From: an uncultured Desulfobacter sp.
GTDB lineage: Bacteria; Desulfobacterota; Desulfobacteria; Desulfobacterales; Desulfobacteraceae
Length of the DNA stretch: 64,000 nt
Direction of reading: 5' to 3'
Assembly (NCBI GenBank): GCA_963665095.1
Contig: OY762069.1
Location: 416,001-480,000, forward strand
Shown: piece after piece, positions 60,331-64,000 of the stretch
How positions within the stretch are numbered: position 1 is the first letter of the stretch
Layout of the letters: the number at the start of each line of letters is the position of its first letter
The notes under the pieces: generated by a model
Told to the model about the DNA's origin: nothing
Databases searched by the model: none
The model's input: the letters and a program-made list of their open reading frames with translations, nothing else
Translations under genes and position numbers: made by a program

Positions 60331-60837
60331 ATGGTAAGAATCGAAGATCTTAAGCGAATCAACATGCTGGCCCGGGTGCCGGATCATCTGCTGGAAATTC
60401 TCAGTGAAAAAGCCCAGCTTAATATCTACGGCACCGATACCCTGCTTTTTTCAGCAGGGGAAAAGATTGAGATTTTTTATATGATTGTCATGGGCCAGGT
60501 GGAGCTGAAGGTGCCCTTGTCTGAAGATATTGATGTTATCTTGGATATTCTTCAGGCCGGCAGGTCCTTAGGGTCATCCGCTCTGATCCCGAAAGCAAAA
60601 TCCTCTTACACGGCTGTCTGCCAGGAACCGTGTGAAATCATTACCTTGAACGGACCTGAACTGCAGACCCTGTTTAACGAGAATAAAGAGCTTGCCTATT
60701 ATCTGATGGCGGGCGTGGCCGGACAGTATAAACGGACAATGGACCGGAGGGCCCGCATGATTTTAAAAACCCTGGAAGAACATCCCGAATTTAAACACCG
60801 TGTCAGAGATATTGACGAGCTTACGCCGGTATATTAA
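60331..60837 (+). CDS. Stand-alone cyclic-nucleotide-binding domain protein
   Basis: LFSAGE...FYMIVMGQVEL...LQAGRSLG.SAL...YTAVC; no HTH. Confidence 0.8.
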   Translation: MVRIEDLKRINMLARVPDHLLEILSEKAQLNIYGTDTLLFSAGEKIEIFYMIVMGQVELKVPLSEDIDVILDILQAGRSLGSSALIPKAKSSYTAVCQEPCEIITLNGPELQTLFNENKELAYYLMAGVAGQYKRTMDRRARMILKTLEEHPEFKHRVRDIDELTPVY

Positions 60838-60860
60838 TTTTTCACCCATAGGACAACCAC

Positions 60861-61340
60861 ATGGTAGAGATTGAAAAACTTAAAGAGATCCATTTCCTCA
60901 AAGACCTGTCCGATGACACACTGGATAAAGTCAGCACGGTGGTCCAGATGAATGATTTCAGCGAAGAGACGGTCCTCATTCGCCAGGATAATCCCCAGCG
61001 CACCATTTTCATGCTGCTTAAAGGCACCGTTTTTCTGAACTGCAGGGTGGCCTCGGGCAAAGCTGTGACCCTGGATGAGATTAAAAATGGCCAGACATTC
61101 GGGCTTTCCAGTCTGATGGCGGCCTCGCCTGCCACATATACAGCCATATGTGCCGAAGACAGCAGGATTTTAACCATTGCCGCTGACCAGGCCCTTGAGT
61201 TGTTTGAATCAGACTATGACACAGGATTTGAGGTGATGCGTCATGCTGTTGAAGTATTTAAAGACCGCATGAGCCGGCATACCGTTTTGTTTATGGATGC
61301 CCTGCGCTCCCATCCGGCCGTTGTGTGCGGCGAGATATAA
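60861..61340 (+). CDS. Stand-alone cyclic-nucleotide-binding domain protein (paralogue)
   Basis: LIRQD...IFMLLKGTV...GQTFGLSSL...YTAIC. Confidence 0.8.
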   Translation: MVEIEKLKEIHFLKDLSDDTLDKVSTVVQMNDFSEETVLIRQDNPQRTIFMLLKGTVFLNCRVASGKAVTLDEIKNGQTFGLSSLMAASPATYTAICAEDSRILTIAADQALELFESDYDTGFEVMRHAVEVFKDRMSRHTVLFMDALRSHPAVVCGEI

Positions 61341-61384
61341 AATGCTACTGTCATCAGGATCGGAAATTAAAAATGGGGCCGCCT

Positions 61385-61552
61385 ATGCTGGAAAGCCAGA
61401 TTGACCTAAATGACAATCGTAAAAAACAACTTGGAAGATTGTTTGAGCTCATGCCGGATCTGTCTAAGCAGGTGGTAGAAGCATATAAAGACCCCATAAT
61501 CTGTAATCCTGGACCCTATTCCAGGGTGGGGTACAACCCCGTTCTTGCCTGA
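61385..61552 (+). pseudogene. Possible truncated carboxymuconolactone decarboxylase/AhpD-like N-terminus
   Basis: MLESQIDLNDNRKKQLGRLFELMPDL...EAYKD then loses resemblance; weak recollected similarity only. Confidence 0.25.
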
Positions 61553-61566
61553 TTTATATTCTTGAG

Positions 61567-61594
61567 TTGACACATTTCATACCGATGATACTTT
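61567..61594 (+). promoter_or_regulatory. Candidate sigma70 promoter
   Basis: TTGACA-16 nt-TACTTT. Confidence 0.4.
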
Positions 61595-61769
61595 ATTATC
61601 TACGACCTGCGTCCCAGTAAATCTTTCATACTTAATCTCGCCCGTTTAGTTCTGAGGGCGATCAGTGATTATAGGTATGATTTATTGCAGATAAGGATGG
61701 GATAAGGCCGGTGAAAAATTATTGCGTTAAAATGCAGTATGAATCAATCAAATGAACGGGGGAATGACT

Positions 61770-61985
61770 ATGAAATGTTATGTTTGTGCACAAAACAAAG
61801 TTGAAACCGATGCCATTGCCATCTGTATTGTATGCGGTATGGCAGTTTGTCAGGATCATCTCGTTAGGGCGGATATTGACATGTGGGAAGGCGGATATCC
61901 CTTACCACCGAAAAAATTAAAAAAACAACTGCCCAGAATGTTGTGTAAAGAGTGTTATGACGCTGTTATCGGGCAGAAGGGATAG
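61770..61985 (+). CDS. DUF2180-like small Cys-rich zinc-finger protein
   Basis: MKCYVC...AIAICIVCGMAVC..H...GGYP.P...LCKEC. Confidence 0.75.
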   Translation: MKCYVCAQNKVETDAIAICIVCGMAVCQDHLVRADIDMWEGGYPLPPKKLKKQLPRMLCKECYDAVIGQKG

Positions 61986-62386
61986 GTAAAAACAACTAAG
62001 ATTTCAGCGTTGTGGTAAATTTGTGTACCTGACCCCTGTGCGGCAGCAGGCGTCAGGTACATTCAAATGTAAATTTGGATGATTCCTTAAAACGTCTTTC
62101 TGTCTTTTTCGAATTAAAAAAAATTTATCTTCCATGAAGCGTGTTCCGGGATGAGTATCATTTTTTCTGGCACGAACTAAATCAACCATATTCCCGATTA
62201 TTCTTCTTTACTTCGCTTTCTGATTTTTTTATACATTAGGACATTGTTAAGCGGTCTATTAATTTTATTTTAGAAAAAATTATCGGGTATCTCCAAAGAC
62301 TTGCCAGATGAATTTGCCGAAGATATACGACACTTGTCGTAATAGATCATAGATAACATTAAGTTAACATTAATTCAGGAGGAAAC

Positions 62387-63562
62387 ATGAAAAGGATTAC
62401 TTTTTTTCTGGCTGCTGTCATTGCAATTACTATGGTTTTTTCTTCATCGGCATTTTGCAAAAGAGAGACCATTATCAAAATCGGTATTAATGCGCCCCTG
62501 ACCGGTGATATCCCAAAGGTTGGTGAAGGATCCAAATATGCGGCTGAAATGTGGCTTCAGGATATTGAGAAGGCCGGCGGCCTTGAGGTTGGCGGAACCA
62601 AATACAAGGTTGAACTGGTTGTTGAAGATAATGAATCAAAGGCAGAGTCTGCAGTCAAAGCCAATACCAAGATGATCAGCCAGGATGACGTACTTGCCAT
62701 TATCGGGCCTCAGTCTTCCAAACAGGCAGTACCTGCCGGTGAAGTGGCCAATAAATATAAAACGGTTATGATCAGCCCCTGGTCCACCAACCCCGACACC
62801 ACCATGAACCGCCCCTTTGTATTCCGCGGCTGTTTTCTGGATCCTTTCCAGGGGCCTGTTGTGGCAAACTTCATCACTGATGAGTTCGGGTTCACCAAGG
62901 CAGCTGTGCTTTATGACGTGGCTTCCGACTATCCAAAAGGCCTTGCCGAGGTATTCAAAGATGCCTGGGAGAAAAAACATGGTGCCGGCTCCATTGCAGC
63001 CTTTGAGAGCTTTACTACAAAAGACACGGACTTCTCTTCACAGCTGACCAAAATCATTCAGTCTGGTGCCCAGGTGCTTTTCACCCCGCAGTACTACAAT
63101 GAAGTGCCTCTGATTGTAAAACAGGCCAAAGAGCTTGGATGGAAAGGACCTATTGTGGGTTCCGACTCCTGGGGATCTGCAGAGACGGTTGAGCTTTGCG
63201 GGGAAGCCTGCTACGGTCAGTTTTTCTCTTCCCACTACGCGGCTGCCGGTGCCAAAGGCGCAACCAAAGCATTTATTGAACGCTACAACAAAACTTACGG
63301 CTACATCCCTGATGATGTTGCCGCCCTTACCTGGGATGCCCTTCGTCTTGCCCAGCAGGCCATTGAGAATACCGGAAAGCTAACGGGCCGAATTGAGAAA
63401 GACCGCCAGGCAGTCCGGGATGCCCTTGCAAAAATTAAAAATTTTGAAGGTATCACAGGAAATATGACCTTCACGGAAGAGGGCGACCCCATCAAATGTG
63501 CTGTTATCGTTAAAATCAACGATCAGGGCGAGTACGAGTTCTACAAATCCGTATGCCCCTAA
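62387..63562 (+). CDS. livK: Branched-chain amino acid ABC substrate-binding protein
   Basis: IKIGINAPLTG, FRGCFLDPFQG, DTDFSSQLTKI, GSDSW; followed by livH. Confidence 0.88.
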   Translation: MKRITFFLAAVIAITMVFSSSAFCKRETIIKIGINAPLTGDIPKVGEGSKYAAEMWLQDIEKAGGLEVGGTKYKVELVVEDNESKAESAVKANTKMISQDDVLAIIGPQSSKQAVPAGEVANKYKTVMISPWSTNPDTTMNRPFVFRGCFLDPFQGPVVANFITDEFGFTKAAVLYDVASDYPKGLAEVFKDAWEKKHGAGSIAAFESFTTKDTDFSSQLTKIIQSGAQVLFTPQYYNEVPLIVKQAKELGWKGPIVGSDSWGSAETVELCGEACYGQFFSSHYAAAGAKGATKAFIERYNKTYGYIPDDVAALTWDALRLAQQAIENTGKLTGRIEKDRQAVRDALAKIKNFEGITGNMTFTEEGDPIKCAVIVKINDQGEYEFYKSVCP

Positions 63563-63597
63563 CGGGCTATGAAACCTGACTTACCAATAAAAATTTT

Positions 63598-63637
63598 AAT
63601 GACTGCCGCAATATCGTTACGCGGCAGTCATTTTTTA
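63598..63637 (+). terminator. Stem-loop/terminator after livK
   Basis: AATGACTGCCGC...GCGGCAGTCATT followed by a T run. Confidence 0.75.
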
Positions 63638-63732
63638 AACCATTCATAACAACATATATTAATTGTTGTGAATGAAACCTGGGTGAGACAATCTGTTCAC
63701 CCACGGCTGTTATTTTAACAGGAGTTGCTTAA

Positions 63733-64000
63733 ATGGAATCGTTTACTGATCTGATACAGTTTTTTATTCAGAACTTTATAAATGCACTCCAGCGGGGAAG
63801 CTTTTACGCCGTTATCTCCATCGGGTATTCCATGGTGTATGGCGTACTGATGCTCTTTAACTTTGCCCACGGAGATATCTTCATGCTGGGCACCTATATC
63901 GGTTTTGGAATCGCAACGCTTTTCCTTGCTTTATTTGCAGGCTTATTGCCAGGTCCTGTGATTTTTGTGGCCACCATTGTGGTGACCATGTTTTTAGCGT
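63733..64000 (+). CDS. livH: Branched-chain amino acid ABC permease LivH, 5' part
   Basis: Hand translation ...INALQRGSFYAVISIGYSMVYGVLMLFNFAHGDIFMLG. Confidence 0.88.
   Translation, partial: MESFTDLIQFFIQNFINALQRGSFYAVISIGYSMVYGVLMLFNFAHGDIFMLGTYIGFGIATLFLALFAGLLPGPVIFVATIVVTMFLA

Overview
A 64-kb window from a sulfate-reducing Desulfobacterota-like genome (inferred from gene content; Desulfobacteraceae-like). It is mostly housekeeping, transport and signalling genes. In order: the 5' end of a ThDP-dependent dehydrogenase E1-alpha gene; a K+-channel/SDR pair flanked by two inverted AraC remnants; a LysM protein; an HD / degenerate HD-GYP / MotAB operon; dnaX-ybaB-recR; a type II secretion operon (gspGHIJKLMDE); a large GAF protein with class III cyclase-like motifs; hpf; an MCE/Mla-like operon with a degenerate ATPase; a 7TM diguanylate cyclase; a periplasmic-type ATP-dependent DNA ligase gene split by a 3,098-bp three-gene transposon (Zn-finger protein, DDE transposase, AAA ATPase; TGT...ACA ends; 4-bp target duplication; structured non-coding end); a NarX/NarL-type pair with an acyl-CoA ligase; a GntR / activase / hypD / dppABCDF / Xaa-Pro peptidase locus; gluQ-like, PilZ, kinase and receiver genes; an Mrp antiporter operon with three MrpD-like subunits and two cNMP-binding proteins; a DUF2180-like protein; and livK-livH. 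No rRNA, tRNA or CRISPR array was seen. The best candidates for undescribed systems are (1) the hydroxyproline-peptide catabolic regulon, (2) the transposon with a Zn-finger protein and a putative ncRNA, (3) the GAF/cryptic nucleotidyl-cyclase protein and (4) the dead HD-GYP protein coupled to a Na+-type stator. All family calls come from motif recognition by eye; no database searches were run.
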